From the NCBI GenBank assembly GCA_963722255.1, contig CAVRJO010000002.1, forward strand, positions 544,001 to 608,000: a stretch of DNA of 64,000 nucleotides, read 5' to 3'. The notes under the pieces were generated by a model, which had not been told where the DNA came from, did not search any database, and was given only the letters and a program-made list of their open reading frames with translations. Each line of letters starts with the position of its first letter. The stretch's first letter is position 1. This DNA comes from Candidatus Babeliales bacterium. Its GTDB lineage: Bacteria; Babelota; Babeliae; Babelales; JANWKD01. Shown one piece after another: positions 9,438 through 19,741 of this stretch. The position numbers were made by a program, and so were the translations under genes.

Positions 9438-11612
9438 TTATAAGGGTGGAAAGGATAAGTTTGATAACAAAGATGGCTGTGTAGTAGCATTTGCTACAAA
9501 CTGTTCAAAAACATTCGTTACAAATACATAGTTCAAATCAGTATCAAAAACAGTATTTTGGATTATTAAATTATTTGCTGATGAGGCACTTAACCCGCGA
9601 CCCGATGAAACACCTGGTTGACCAACGGGTAAAGCAGGTCCACGAACATTTGAAATTTCATTATTACGAATTATATGATCCAATGGAAAGCTTAAAGAAG
9701 GATACACCAAAAATGTTGCAGTAATTGCTGGTACCGCAATAGTTGCTCCAATTGGAGACCATTGAGGAATAAAAATAAGATCATCAAAAGTACTATTATT
9801 TGCAACGCGAACAAGAGAATTACCATCAAACTTCAAAATTAGTAAATCAGGAATGTTTGAATTATGCACAACAGCAAGCAATTGACCATCAGGAGACCAT
9901 TGCGCCCAATTAGCTACGGCTACAGTTAATGGAAAATTCACCACTAACTGTAAGCTAGATCCGGTGAAATTTAACACCGCCACGCCAGTAGGACTTGCAA
10001 CAGCAATAAATTGTCCATTAGGAGACCAGTTTATAGAATCAACAACATTGGCATTAGTAAACGTAGCTACCTGTGTTAACGAATTTCCATCAAAACTATA
10101 AATAAAGAACGTATTACTACCTGAACTTGCAACTGCTAAATAACGTCCATCTGGTGACCATGCTACACGATTACCAAGATTTACTTGCGTGACATTGTTC
10201 AATAATAAACTTGTACTACTAAATTTTGCAATATATGTTATTCCATTAAGGGCGGAAGCAATATATTTGCCATCTGGAGACCAACTTATTTGATAAACAG
10301 GAAAACCTAAATCTGTATAAGGCTGCGTAATATTTGCTACCAATTCAAGCTCTGCACCACCAAACTGATACACATTTAATGTACTAGCCGTAGTTACAAA
10401 AGTTGTTACAAATTGTCCATCAGGTGAACTTGCAACTCCAGAAATAGGAAAAGCTAATGTTTGTTGTGCAACAGCACCAAACTTATTATCAAAAACAGCT
10501 AAAAGCTGTTCAGTAGCAAGCGCTTGTGCAACGGCTATATAATTGGCATTAGAAAGCCAGTCAACTTGGGGAACTTCACCCGCAGAAGAATTTCCTATAG
10601 GGGCACCCGTTAAAGTTACAATGATTGAATAATCCATTTCAATACCAAACGGTAGAGCACTTGACGTTGTAAAACAGTTACTTATTTGATTATCTTTAAT
10701 AACATCATTATTTTCTGTTGCACCAATATAAATCCCTACTGCTTTATTGCCTGTAAAAGTATCATTAGTACTTACACCATCAATGACACATTGTGTAATA
10801 GTGTTGCCACCACCTTGCGTCAAAGAAATCCCATATACTGATCCATTTACAGTATTGGTACTGTTAATTACTACATTCTGAATTATATTAGTGTAACTTT
10901 GAATTAATTCTATTCCTGCATTATTCTGCGAAAAAAATAAACAATCAGCAACGAAGACATGAGCCACTGATGTACAACTTAGACCAGTAAAATTTGAAGT
11001 CAAGTCAACATCGGTAATATGCACAATATCAACGGGTGCAAGATTCGTTCCAAGGCAAGTAATACCCTGAGCACATGAGCTTATTTCACCGATGGAATAT
11101 GCTATATTTGAACATCCTGCTCCAATGCGTAATCCGCTTCGAGTCATACCTATGATATCAGTATTTGTGATAACAATATTTTTTCTACCTGGTGCTATTG
11201 CAATACCATCAACAGATGCTGTACCATTGCCTTGCACAATACTAAAACAGTATGAATCAAGAAAAACATTATCGGCATTAATAGTTATTGCAGCTGCGCT
11301 ACTAACTGGATCAAATATAATATTTTCTGCAATTTTATAAGCACCTGAACCCGTTATGGTAAAACCTGTAGTTCCAACATCAGATTGCCGAATAAGAGTT
11401 GGAGCACATCCTTGAGTTTGTAATATTTGACCTAAAGCAGAAATCTCTGAAAACGTTCCCATGAAATTAACTTCAATGTTTGAACAACAGAGTGTCAACG
11501 TCGTATCAATATCAATAACAACATCTCGAGTCATGCGCGAATCGCTCATTGCTTGGATAATATTCCCTGCAAGAATACAGGCAAATAATATGCCTATTTG
11601 TTTTTTCTTCAT
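9438..11612 (-). CDS. Secreted beta-helix/WD40-propeller protein, array gene 4
   Basis: Same architecture, C-term LSFPPL. Confidence 0.9.
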   Translation of the reverse strand: MKKKQIGILFACILAGNIIQAMSDSRMTRDVVIDIDTTLTLCCSNIEVNFMGTFSEISALGQILQTQGCAPTLIRQSDVGTTGFTITGSGAYKIAENIIFDPVSSAAAITINADNVFLDSYCFSIVQGNGTASVDGIAIAPGRKNIVITNTDIIGMTRSGLRIGAGCSNIAYSIGEISSCAQGITCLGTNLAPVDIVHITDVDLTSNFTGLSCTSVAHVFVADCLFFSQNNAGIELIQSYTNIIQNVVINSTNTVNGSVYGISLTQGGGNTITQCVIDGVSTNDTFTGNKAVGIYIGATENNDVIKDNQISNCFTTSSALPFGIEMDYSIIVTLTGAPIGNSSAGEVPQVDWLSNANYIAVAQALATEQLLAVFDNKFGAVAQQTLAFPISGVASSPDGQFVTTFVTTASTLNVYQFGGAELELVANITQPYTDLGFPVYQISWSPDGKYIASALNGITYIAKFSSTSLLLNNVTQVNLGNRVAWSPDGRYLAVASSGSNTFFIYSFDGNSLTQVATFTNANVVDSINWSPNGQFIAVASPTGVAVLNFTGSSLQLVVNFPLTVAVANWAQWSPDGQLLAVVHNSNIPDLLILKFDGNSLVRVANNSTFDDLIFIPQWSPIGATIAVPAITATFLVYPSLSFPLDHIIRNNEISNVRGPALPVGQPGVSSGRGLSASSANNLIIQNTVFDTDLNYVFVTNVFEQFVANATTQPSLLSNLSFPPL

Positions 11613-11624
11613 ACACTCTCCTTA

Positions 11625-13793
11625 TTATAATGGTGGAAATGAAACATTTGACAATAAACTTGGTTTTTGATTTGCATTACTAATAAATTGCTCAAAAATA
11701 TTATTCACAAAAACATAACTCAAATCTGCATCAAAAACCGTATTTTGATAAATAAGATTGTTTGCCGACGAAGCACTTAATCCTCGGCCGGAAGAAACGC
11801 CCGGTTGGCCATTTGATATTGCAGGGCCATGAATTTGTGAGATTTTATTATTTTTAAATAATGATCCTGAAGGAAATTGAAACGCTGCAAAAACACGTGC
11901 AGAATAGTTTGTTGAACTACTTGTAAAAGCGCCAAATCCTACAACATTCCCAAGAGAAGACCAACCAAATCCAGCAAAAAAACCATCTCCAATACCACTA
12001 ACAACTTGACTTGTCTGTTGTATCAACGCTGTGCCAATAAATTTTAAAAGAATTAATGTAAAAGGATTTTCCTGTAAAACCGCAAGGTACTGACCATCAG
12101 GAGACCAAAATGCTCCTTGTGGTGAAGAAACATTAAAAGTTGCAACTAGTTGTAATGCAACGCCTGAAAAGCTATAAACATTGACTGTGGTTAATGTCCC
12201 AATGGCTAAAAATTTTTCATCAGGAGACCACGTCATAGGTGATTCTATGGAAGAAGCCACACTCGTTATTAATTGCAATGAATTTCCACTGAATTGGTAA
12301 ATAGAGATAGTACCTGAGACAGTACCTGCATTAATGGCCACAAAGTCACTATCGGGAGACCATACAGGAAAAAACACTGTTGTCCCTAAATTTACTGATG
12401 CCACCAAAACAATAGAAACACCATCAAATGAAAAAATGTCTAATAAATTACCATTAGCTACAGCCAAATATTTTCCGTCAGGAGACCACGAACTACCAGC
12501 TCCACCTATAGGCGTTGATTGTGCGACAAGTGTTACAATTCCTTGATTAACGCTGTAAATATTGACATTAGTTCCTATTACAGCCAAAAATGATCCATCA
12601 GGAGACCACGATAAGGTACGTACACCAGTTAATACTACATTTTGAATCAATTTTAACGATGATTCAGCAAATTCATACACACTAAAATTAGTTGTGGGAA
12701 TTGTATCAGCAACCGCAAAATATCGCCCATTTGGAGACCATGCAGAACTATTAGGAGCACTAGGTTGTGTAACTTGAGTAATTTGAGGAGTAGAAGTTAT
12801 GGTATACAACATTTCAATGCCAAAAGGTTGCGCATTAGAGGTTGTGGTACAATTGCTAATTTGATTGTTTAAAATTAGATCATCATTTTCTGTTGCTCCA
12901 AGTAAAATGCCAACAGCACTATTACCTGAAAATGTATCATTCGTGCTTACACCATCTATATAACAGTTTTGTACACGATTATTTCCACCGTTAATCATTG
13001 AAACGCCAAATGCTGATCCATTTGCAGCGCCTGTTTCTTCTATACTGCACGAATCAATGTTATTTGAAAAACTGGTTATTAATTCTATACCCGCATGCGC
13101 ATTACCAAAAAAGACACATTCTGAAATAGCTGTACGATTTACAAATGTTAAACTTATTCCCGTACTATTATTGAGCAGATCTAGCTCTAGAGCTTGCATA
13201 TCCTCAGTCGGAGATATATTTGTTCCAAGGCAAAAGATTCCATACAAGCAATTTTGTATTGTTATATTGGCGTATGCTACATTGGTAACGCCTGATGCAA
13301 CTCGAATACCATCACGTGTAAACTTTTTTATTTTCCCATTATGAATCATGATACTGCTCAGATTTGCATTGATCGCAATACCATCAACATTTGCCGTTGT
13401 GTTTCCTTGAGTTATAGTAAAGCATTGTAAATCAAGCAGTACATTATCTGCATTAATGGTAATTGCTGCTGTGCTGCCAACCGGATTAAAAATAATATTT
13501 TGCGACAGTTTATAAACTCCTGAACTTGTTATAGTGAATCCTGCTGTTCCGACGTCTGCCTGTCCAATAAAACGCGCTGCACATCCTTCTGCTTTCAGTA
13601 ATGATTCAATATACGCAATAGTGGTAAATGTCCCTTCAAAATTAACGTCAGTTTGAGCACAAAAAGTTGTCAATGTCGTATCAATATCTATGACAATATC
13701 TCGCGTCATGCGTGGGTCAAATGTTGCCTGTAATCCTGCAATCTGCAACATACCTAAAACTGCCGTAGCGATATAAACTAATTTTTTATACAT
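11625..13793 (-). CDS. Secreted beta-helix/WD40-propeller protein, array gene 3
   Basis: Same architecture, C-term VSFPPL. Confidence 0.9.
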   Translation of the reverse strand: MYKKLVYIATAVLGMLQIAGLQATFDPRMTRDIVIDIDTTLTTFCAQTDVNFEGTFTTIAYIESLLKAEGCAARFIGQADVGTAGFTITSSGVYKLSQNIIFNPVGSTAAITINADNVLLDLQCFTITQGNTTANVDGIAINANLSSIMIHNGKIKKFTRDGIRVASGVTNVAYANITIQNCLYGIFCLGTNISPTEDMQALELDLLNNSTGISLTFVNRTAISECVFFGNAHAGIELITSFSNNIDSCSIEETGAANGSAFGVSMINGGNNRVQNCYIDGVSTNDTFSGNSAVGILLGATENDDLILNNQISNCTTTSNAQPFGIEMLYTITSTPQITQVTQPSAPNSSAWSPNGRYFAVADTIPTTNFSVYEFAESSLKLIQNVVLTGVRTLSWSPDGSFLAVIGTNVNIYSVNQGIVTLVAQSTPIGGAGSSWSPDGKYLAVANGNLLDIFSFDGVSIVLVASVNLGTTVFFPVWSPDSDFVAINAGTVSGTISIYQFSGNSLQLITSVASSIESPMTWSPDEKFLAIGTLTTVNVYSFSGVALQLVATFNVSSPQGAFWSPDGQYLAVLQENPFTLILLKFIGTALIQQTSQVVSGIGDGFFAGFGWSSLGNVVGFGAFTSSSTNYSARVFAAFQFPSGSLFKNNKISQIHGPAISNGQPGVSSGRGLSASSANNLIYQNTVFDADLSYVFVNNIFEQFISNANQKPSLLSNVSFPPL
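12802..13724. repeat. About 920 bp near-identical direct repeat of 15026..15948 (scaffold-coding part)
   Basis: Constant offset of 2224; few substitutions; shadow ORFs 13057 and 15281 are nearly identical. Confidence 0.9.
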
Positions 13794-13848
13794 CTATTTC
13801 TCCTCACTATAAGGTTCTAGAAATCTAGAACATCTAAGTTATAATAGT

Positions 13849-16017
13849 TTACAATGGTGGAAATGAAATATTTGACAATAAGCTTGGCTCTTGGCTTACA
13901 TTAGCAACGAACTGCTCAAACACATTATTTACAAAAACATAGTTACTATCATTATCAAATCCTGTATTTTGTAAAATTAGATTATTCGCTGATGATGCAC
14001 TCAAACCACGCCCTGATGAAATACCCGGTAGATTGGTTGATAATGCAGGACCATTTACATTAGATATTTCATTGTTTTGAAGTAAAGACCCTGATGGAAA
14101 CTGTAATCCAGAATAAAGTTGAGCATTTGTTCCAACAGGACCACTGTCTACAGCTATTATTGTGCCCGAATTATTCCATGCAGGGGTATGTTGTGGCGAA
14201 CCACCACTAGCAATACTCTCAATATTAATAAGAGCATTGCCTACAAATTGCAATACCCGAACAACTCCAGAAACTCCTGCATCAGTTGCAATATAATTGC
14301 CATCCGAAGACCATTTCACTGCATTAGCTCCACTAGCAAAACTAGCTACCAACGTTAATGAAGTTCCATTAAAAAGCAACACCCCTATTGAGGTACTAGC
14401 AAATGCAATATACTTGCCATTTGGCGACCATTGTAGATTAAGTAGCCCGGGAGCACTAAATGATGCAACTAATGTTAAACTATTTCCATTAAACGCATAA
14501 ACTTGTACAACACCTCCGGCTCTTAATGCTATAAATTCATCATCAAAAGACCATGTAGCTAAATCTCCTCCGGTAACTAGTGTAACAGAAGTCAAAATAA
14601 CACTATCTCCATTGATACTTACTTTTACAATTTCACATTGAGCGGGAGCCGCAGTTGATCCTAATGCAATATATTTTCCGTTATGCGACCAACTGAATCC
14701 ACTTTCTACATTACTGGTACCGGTAAATGTTCCACGTAAAACGAGAGATGCACCATCAAATTGATAAATACGTAAAAGTGTAGCACCATCAGTAGAAGCT
14801 AAAAATTGACCATCCGGTGACCAAGCAAGATCTCCCGTTATACCCGCTTGTGTTACTTGCGCTATAAGTTTCAATGTATTATTCGCAAACTCAAAAACTT
14901 GTACTGTGTCTAGTGTTGCTCCTGCCACAGCAAGATAACGATCATTTGGTGACCACACAACAGAGGTCGTATCGCCGCTACCTGTGACTACCGGCAATCC
15001 TGAATTGCTCAATATATTGGTAGTTGTATACAACATTTCAATGCCAAAAGGTTGCGCATTAGAGGTTGTAGTACAATTGCTAATTTGATTGTTTAAAATT
15101 AGATCATCATTTTCTATTGCTCCAAGTAAAATACCAACGGCGCTATTACCTGAAAATGTATCATTCGTGCTTACACCATCTATATAACAGTTTTGTACAC
15201 GATTATTACCACCGTTAATCATTGAAACGCCAAATGCTGATCCATTTGCAGCGCCTGTTTCTTCTATACTGCAGGAATCAATGTTATTTGAAAAGCTGGT
15301 TATTAATTCTATACCCGCGTGCGCATTACCAAAAAAGACACTTTCTGAAATAGCTGCACGATTTACAAATGTTAAACTTATTCCTGTACTATTATTGAGC
15401 AAATCTAGCTCTAGAGCTTGCATATCCTCAATTGGCGATATATTTGTTCCAAGGCAAAAGATTCCATACAAGCAATTTTGTATTGTTATATTTGCGTATG
15501 CTACATTGGTAACGCCTGATGCAACACGAATACCATCACGTGTAAACTTTTTTATTTTCCCATTATGAACTATGATACTGCTCAGATTTGCACTAATCGC
15601 AATACCATCAACATTTGCCGCTGTGTTTCCTTGAGTTATAGTAAAGCATTGTAAATCAAGCAGTACATTATCTGCATTAATGGTAATTGCTGCTGCGCTG
15701 CCAACCGGATTAAAAATAATATTTTGCGACAGTTTATAAACTCCTGAACTTGTTATAGTAAATCCTGTTGTTCCAACATCTGCCTGTCCAATAAAACGCG
15801 CTGCACATATTTCTGGTTGCAGTAATGATTCAATATGAGCAATAGTGGTAAATGTCCCTTCAAAATTAACTTCAATTTGTGCGCAACAAGTTGTCAATGT
15901 CGTATCAATATCTATGACAATATCTCGCGTCATACGTGGGTCAAATGTCGCATACGTTCCCATATGCCAGGATATTATTGACAGCATTAAAATTTTATAA
16001 AATATTTTTTCATTCAC
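13849..16017 (-). CDS. Secreted beta-helix/WD40-propeller protein, array gene 2
   Basis: Same architecture, GTG start, C-term ISFPPL. Confidence 0.9.
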   Translation of the reverse strand: MNEKIFYKILMLSIISWHMGTYATFDPRMTRDIVIDIDTTLTTCCAQIEVNFEGTFTTIAHIESLLQPEICAARFIGQADVGTTGFTITSSGVYKLSQNIIFNPVGSAAAITINADNVLLDLQCFTITQGNTAANVDGIAISANLSSIIVHNGKIKKFTRDGIRVASGVTNVAYANITIQNCLYGIFCLGTNISPIEDMQALELDLLNNSTGISLTFVNRAAISESVFFGNAHAGIELITSFSNNIDSCSIEETGAANGSAFGVSMINGGNNRVQNCYIDGVSTNDTFSGNSAVGILLGAIENDDLILNNQISNCTTTSNAQPFGIEMLYTTTNILSNSGLPVVTGSGDTTSVVWSPNDRYLAVAGATLDTVQVFEFANNTLKLIAQVTQAGITGDLAWSPDGQFLASTDGATLLRIYQFDGASLVLRGTFTGTSNVESGFSWSHNGKYIALGSTAAPAQCEIVKVSINGDSVILTSVTLVTGGDLATWSFDDEFIALRAGGVVQVYAFNGNSLTLVASFSAPGLLNLQWSPNGKYIAFASTSIGVLLFNGTSLTLVASFASGANAVKWSSDGNYIATDAGVSGVVRVLQFVGNALINIESIASGGSPQHTPAWNNSGTIIAVDSGPVGTNAQLYSGLQFPSGSLLQNNEISNVNGPALSTNLPGISSGRGLSASSANNLILQNTGFDNDSNYVFVNNVFEQFVANVSQEPSLLSNISFPPL

Positions 16018-16079
16018 GACAAACTCTTTGGTTTAAGCAAGACTATAGAAATATTATTAAAAATCACCACATATATACT

Positions 16080-16117
16080 AATGAACCACCTTATTAATTT
16101 AAAGAAGGTGGTTCATT
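16080..16117 (-). terminator. Stem-loop after first array gene
   Basis: aatgaaccacctt...aaggtggttcatt, 13-bp stem. Confidence 0.75.
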
Positions 16118-16135
16118 GTTAACATTTTAAAATAT

Positions 16136-18373
16136 TTATAATGGAGGGAATGATAAATTTGCAATTAAGCTTGGAACCGGACTTGCGGTATTTGCTACAT
16201 ATTGTCTAAATACATCTGTAACAAATACATAATTAATATCATTAGCAAATGCTGTATTTTGAATAATGAGATTTGCCGCAGAAGATCCAACTAATCCTTT
16301 ACCTGTCGAAACACCGGGCAAACCGGCTGTCAAAGGTGCACCTTGAGCCAACGTTATACTATTGTTACGTATAATAGTCCCAAACCCAAACTGCAATCCG
16401 GTTAGTACGCGAACAGATATGCCCGAAATTGCTACAGGAGCCGAACCAATTGTAGTATAAGCACCTGTAGGGGCCCAACGTACCGCATTAACTTGAGCAC
16501 CATTTGCAAACGTTGCTACTTGCGCTAATGCATTTCCTTGAAATTGTAATGCTTCAACTTCAACGCCGGCACTTGCTGCACCACCCAAAAGAACGTACTG
16601 ACCATCTTGCGACCACCGTGTTGATTGAACAGTAGCACCATGGCTATATGATGCAACCGCCGTTAACGCTGCACCGGTAAAGTTTAATACACGAGTATCA
16701 AAACCGCCTGCTCCAGCAACACCGCCCATAACAATAAATCTACCATCAGATGACCAGTTTACACTATTAACAACAGCACCATGCGTAAATGTTGCTACCG
16801 ATGTCAGAGTTGTACCATTAAAGCTATATACAATAACTTGTGTTGTAGTACCAACAGCAAGAAAGTTCACATCGGGCGACCAGCTCACACCCGTTACTGC
16901 CACACCTGGAGCTATTGATGCCACTAACGTTAATGTATTGGCATTTGCTGAAAACTCATACACAGAAACCTGATTTGCTGTTGTTAAGCCTGCTGCGATA
17001 AATCTTCCATCTGATGACCAATCAACTTTGTTAACAGTATTCCCTGCAAGCGTTACCGTAGGTCCAACACCAAATGCCACACCATTAAAACTATACACTC
17101 TCAATGTAGGCGTAGCTGCTTTATCACCCACAGCTAAAAACGATCCATCAGGTGACCACCGTAATGATGATGCACTGACTTGATTGGTTGTAGCAACAAA
17201 CGTAAGTGATGTACCATCAAATTCATACACAGCAACTGTTCCAACACCAGTATTACCACTTGCGGTTCCTAAATATCTGCCATCAGGAGTCCAATCTATG
17301 TCATTAATTGTAGCTGTCGCTGCTGTACTATCAGCTTGCGTAGGCAAATTCGATGAAGAAATCGCTGTAAAGGTATACGCCATTTCAATATTAAATGCAC
17401 GAGCATTTCCTGCACTTAAACTATTACTTATTTCATTATTAATAATAGTATCATTATTTTCTGTTGAACCAATCAAAATACCAACAGCAGTATTAATTGA
17501 AGAAGTTGCTGATGTTGAGGTATTATCAATAAGATTGAATTGAAATGCATTATTTCCACCGCCAATAGCACTAATACCACGAACATCTGCTACACCATTG
17601 GTATCGGCTATTGTACAAAATTTAACCACATGTGAAAAACTATTTATTAATTCTATGCCGGCAGCATCCTGATTAAAAAATGAACATCCATTAATAATGG
17701 CTTGTTGCACAAATTGGGAAGTAACACCGGTATCATTGGCTAAAAACTCAAGTCCGGTAAGTTGTGTATTAACAATTGGCGCCACGCTAGAACCATTAAA
17801 GAAAATACCGTGAGATTCATTAACCAGAAGTTGCATATCGGCGATTATAATATTCGATACTCCTGCTGCAACATTAATACCATCTCCGGTCATTCCTGCG
17901 ATTGAACCATTGATTATGGTTATGTTACTAAAGGTAGTTATCACTTCAATACCATTGACATTTGCCGTTAGATTACCTTGCTCGATTGAAAAACATTGCA
18001 AATCTAATAATACATCCGGAGCATTAATGGTAATTGCAGATGCTGCACCAACTGGGCTAAAGACTATAGATTGTGATAATTGATAGACACCCGATTGAGT
18101 AATAACAAACCCTGTCAAACCAACAGAAGCTTGATTAATTAATACTGGAGAACATCCTGTACCAACCGAAACTTGAAGAGCAGATAATGCAGTAAACGTT
18201 CCTATAAAGTTTTTTTGAGCAGCATCACTGCATGCCGTTAATGTATTGTCAATATCAATAATAATATCACGAGTCATGCGAGGATCTGTGTCTGCCCTGG
18301 CAACGCCAAAGATCAAAACAGATAACACTATTTTAGACAAAAAGCCTAAAAGTTGTATGGGAATACGCTTCAT
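16136..18373 (-). CDS. Secreted beta-helix/WD40-propeller protein, array gene 1
   Basis: Start MKRIPIQ after AAGGAG; 7 blades (WTPDG, WSPDG, WSSDG, WSPDV, WSSDG, WSQDG, WAPTG); C-term LSFPPL. Confidence 0.9.
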   Translation of the reverse strand: MKRIPIQLLGFLSKIVLSVLIFGVARADTDPRMTRDIIIDIDNTLTACSDAAQKNFIGTFTALSALQVSVGTGCSPVLINQASVGLTGFVITQSGVYQLSQSIVFSPVGAASAITINAPDVLLDLQCFSIEQGNLTANVNGIEVITTFSNITIINGSIAGMTGDGINVAAGVSNIIIADMQLLVNESHGIFFNGSSVAPIVNTQLTGLEFLANDTGVTSQFVQQAIINGCSFFNQDAAGIELINSFSHVVKFCTIADTNGVADVRGISAIGGGNNAFQFNLIDNTSTSATSSINTAVGILIGSTENNDTIINNEISNSLSAGNARAFNIEMAYTFTAISSSNLPTQADSTAATATINDIDWTPDGRYLGTASGNTGVGTVAVYEFDGTSLTFVATTNQVSASSLRWSPDGSFLAVGDKAATPTLRVYSFNGVAFGVGPTVTLAGNTVNKVDWSSDGRFIAAGLTTANQVSVYEFSANANTLTLVASIAPGVAVTGVSWSPDVNFLAVGTTTQVIVYSFNGTTLTSVATFTHGAVVNSVNWSSDGRFIVMGGVAGAGGFDTRVLNFTGAALTAVASYSHGATVQSTRWSQDGQYVLLGGAASAGVEVEALQFQGNALAQVATFANGAQVNAVRWAPTGAYTTIGSAPVAISGISVRVLTGLQFGFGTIIRNNSITLAQGAPLTAGLPGVSTGKGLVGSSAANLIIQNTAFANDINYVFVTDVFRQYVANTASPVPSLIANLSFPPL

Positions 18374-18609
18374 AGAAACTCCTTTTTTATGGGAAATAAT
18401 TATTATTAGTTGGATCATACAAAAATCAATACTGAATAACAAGAAAAATAAAATGGCTAACTTTAATTTTTGCTAGAGAATAAGAAATAGAGAGTTTTTG
18501 AAAACTATAAAGAACTATGAGGCTCGCTTCATTACTACAATTCCTTCTTAGCTTGGTTTTCAAGCTATTGATCTTTATAAAAAAATCAAGTTATTTGTTG
18601 AATTTTTTT

Positions 18610-19557
18610 TTAATTTGACCGAAGAAAATTCAACAAATCGTTAAAATCATGCGGTAAATCCTGGGTAAAAGAAAATTGATGACCTTCAAAAGAAAATTCT
18701 AAGGTCTTAGCATGTAATGCATGGCGGGAAATTAATTTAGATGAAGCTCCATATACTGCATCACCTATAAGTGGATGGCCAATTGCTGCACAATGTACTC
18801 TGATTTGATGTGTTCTTCCTGTAATAGGAGAGAGCTCTAGTAATGCTGCATCCTTAAAGTATTCAATAACCTTATAGTGCGTAAGAGCAAAACGACCAGT
18901 GCTATATTTATGGCTCATTTTTGTTCGATAGAATGGATCACGTGCAATAGGAAAGTCGATACTACCCGATTGCGGAGGATTACCTTTAACAAGAGCATAA
19001 TATGTTTTTTTAATAGATCTATTTTTAAAAAGATTACTTAAATATTCATGTGCATAATTATTTCGTGAAACTAATAAAAGACCTGATGTATTTTTATCTA
19101 ATCTATGAACAATCCCAGGCCGATCAAGATGGCCTACTAAACGAATTTCATTGAATGTAGTAAGTAACCAGTCAACAAGAGATGGTTCCTTACTGTTTTT
19201 ATGAGGAGCATGTACTGAAATATAGGGGGGCTTATTAACAATAAGAAAATGCTCATGCTCATACACAAGAGATACTGGAATATCAGATGCCATATTAGCC
19301 GTTGGAATTGAATCTTCTAAAGGAAACTGAACCTTTATAAGATCATTGGCCTTGATAAGGCTGCTTGGCTTCTTAACCAAAACATTATTACATACTATTA
19401 ACCCATCATCAATAAGCTTTTTGAAAAAAGTTCTTGAATATTTGGAAAAATAAAGAGATAAATAGCTATCTACGCGCATTGTCGCACATTCCGGAGGCAC
19501 AATAAGAGAATAAAGCATTCCTGGCTTCACAAGGGTATCATTCATAACAATCACCAT
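18610..19557 (-). CDS. rluD: RluA/RluD family pseudouridine synthase
   Basis: S4-like N-terminus, NKP, GIVHRLDKNTSG, TGRTHQIRVH, LHA. Confidence 0.9.
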   Translation of the reverse strand: MVIVMNDTLVKPGMLYSLIVPPECATMRVDSYLSLYFSKYSRTFFKKLIDDGLIVCNNVLVKKPSSLIKANDLIKVQFPLEDSIPTANMASDIPVSLVYEHEHFLIVNKPPYISVHAPHKNSKEPSLVDWLLTTFNEIRLVGHLDRPGIVHRLDKNTSGLLLVSRNNYAHEYLSNLFKNRSIKKTYYALVKGNPPQSGSIDFPIARDPFYRTKMSHKYSTGRFALTHYKVIEYFKDAALLELSPITGRTHQIRVHCAAIGHPLIGDAVYGASSKLISRHALHAKTLEFSFEGHQFSFTQDLPHDFNDLLNFLRSN

Positions 19558-19741
19558 TTAAATCTTTGTAGAGATAACTAAGGTTTAAACCACTAGTATA
19601 CTTCAGAATACCCTCTTGGTTTTTAAAGTCAAATGGACATTACGATATATATTTTGCTATACTTATTAACAAGGGTAACTAACTTCAAGGTCAAGTGTAT
19701 AGTTTATATCACTAATACGTATTTTTACAAGGTAATGCATA

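Noticed and set aside
4921..18373. Diversity-generating retroelement or integron behind the array
   Set aside because: No reverse transcriptase, no adenine-specific TR/VR pair, and no integron integrase or attC consensus in the window
5425..19666. Short antisense ORFs over the array and neighbouring genes
   Set aside because: Shadow frames of long coding genes with no motifs or RBS
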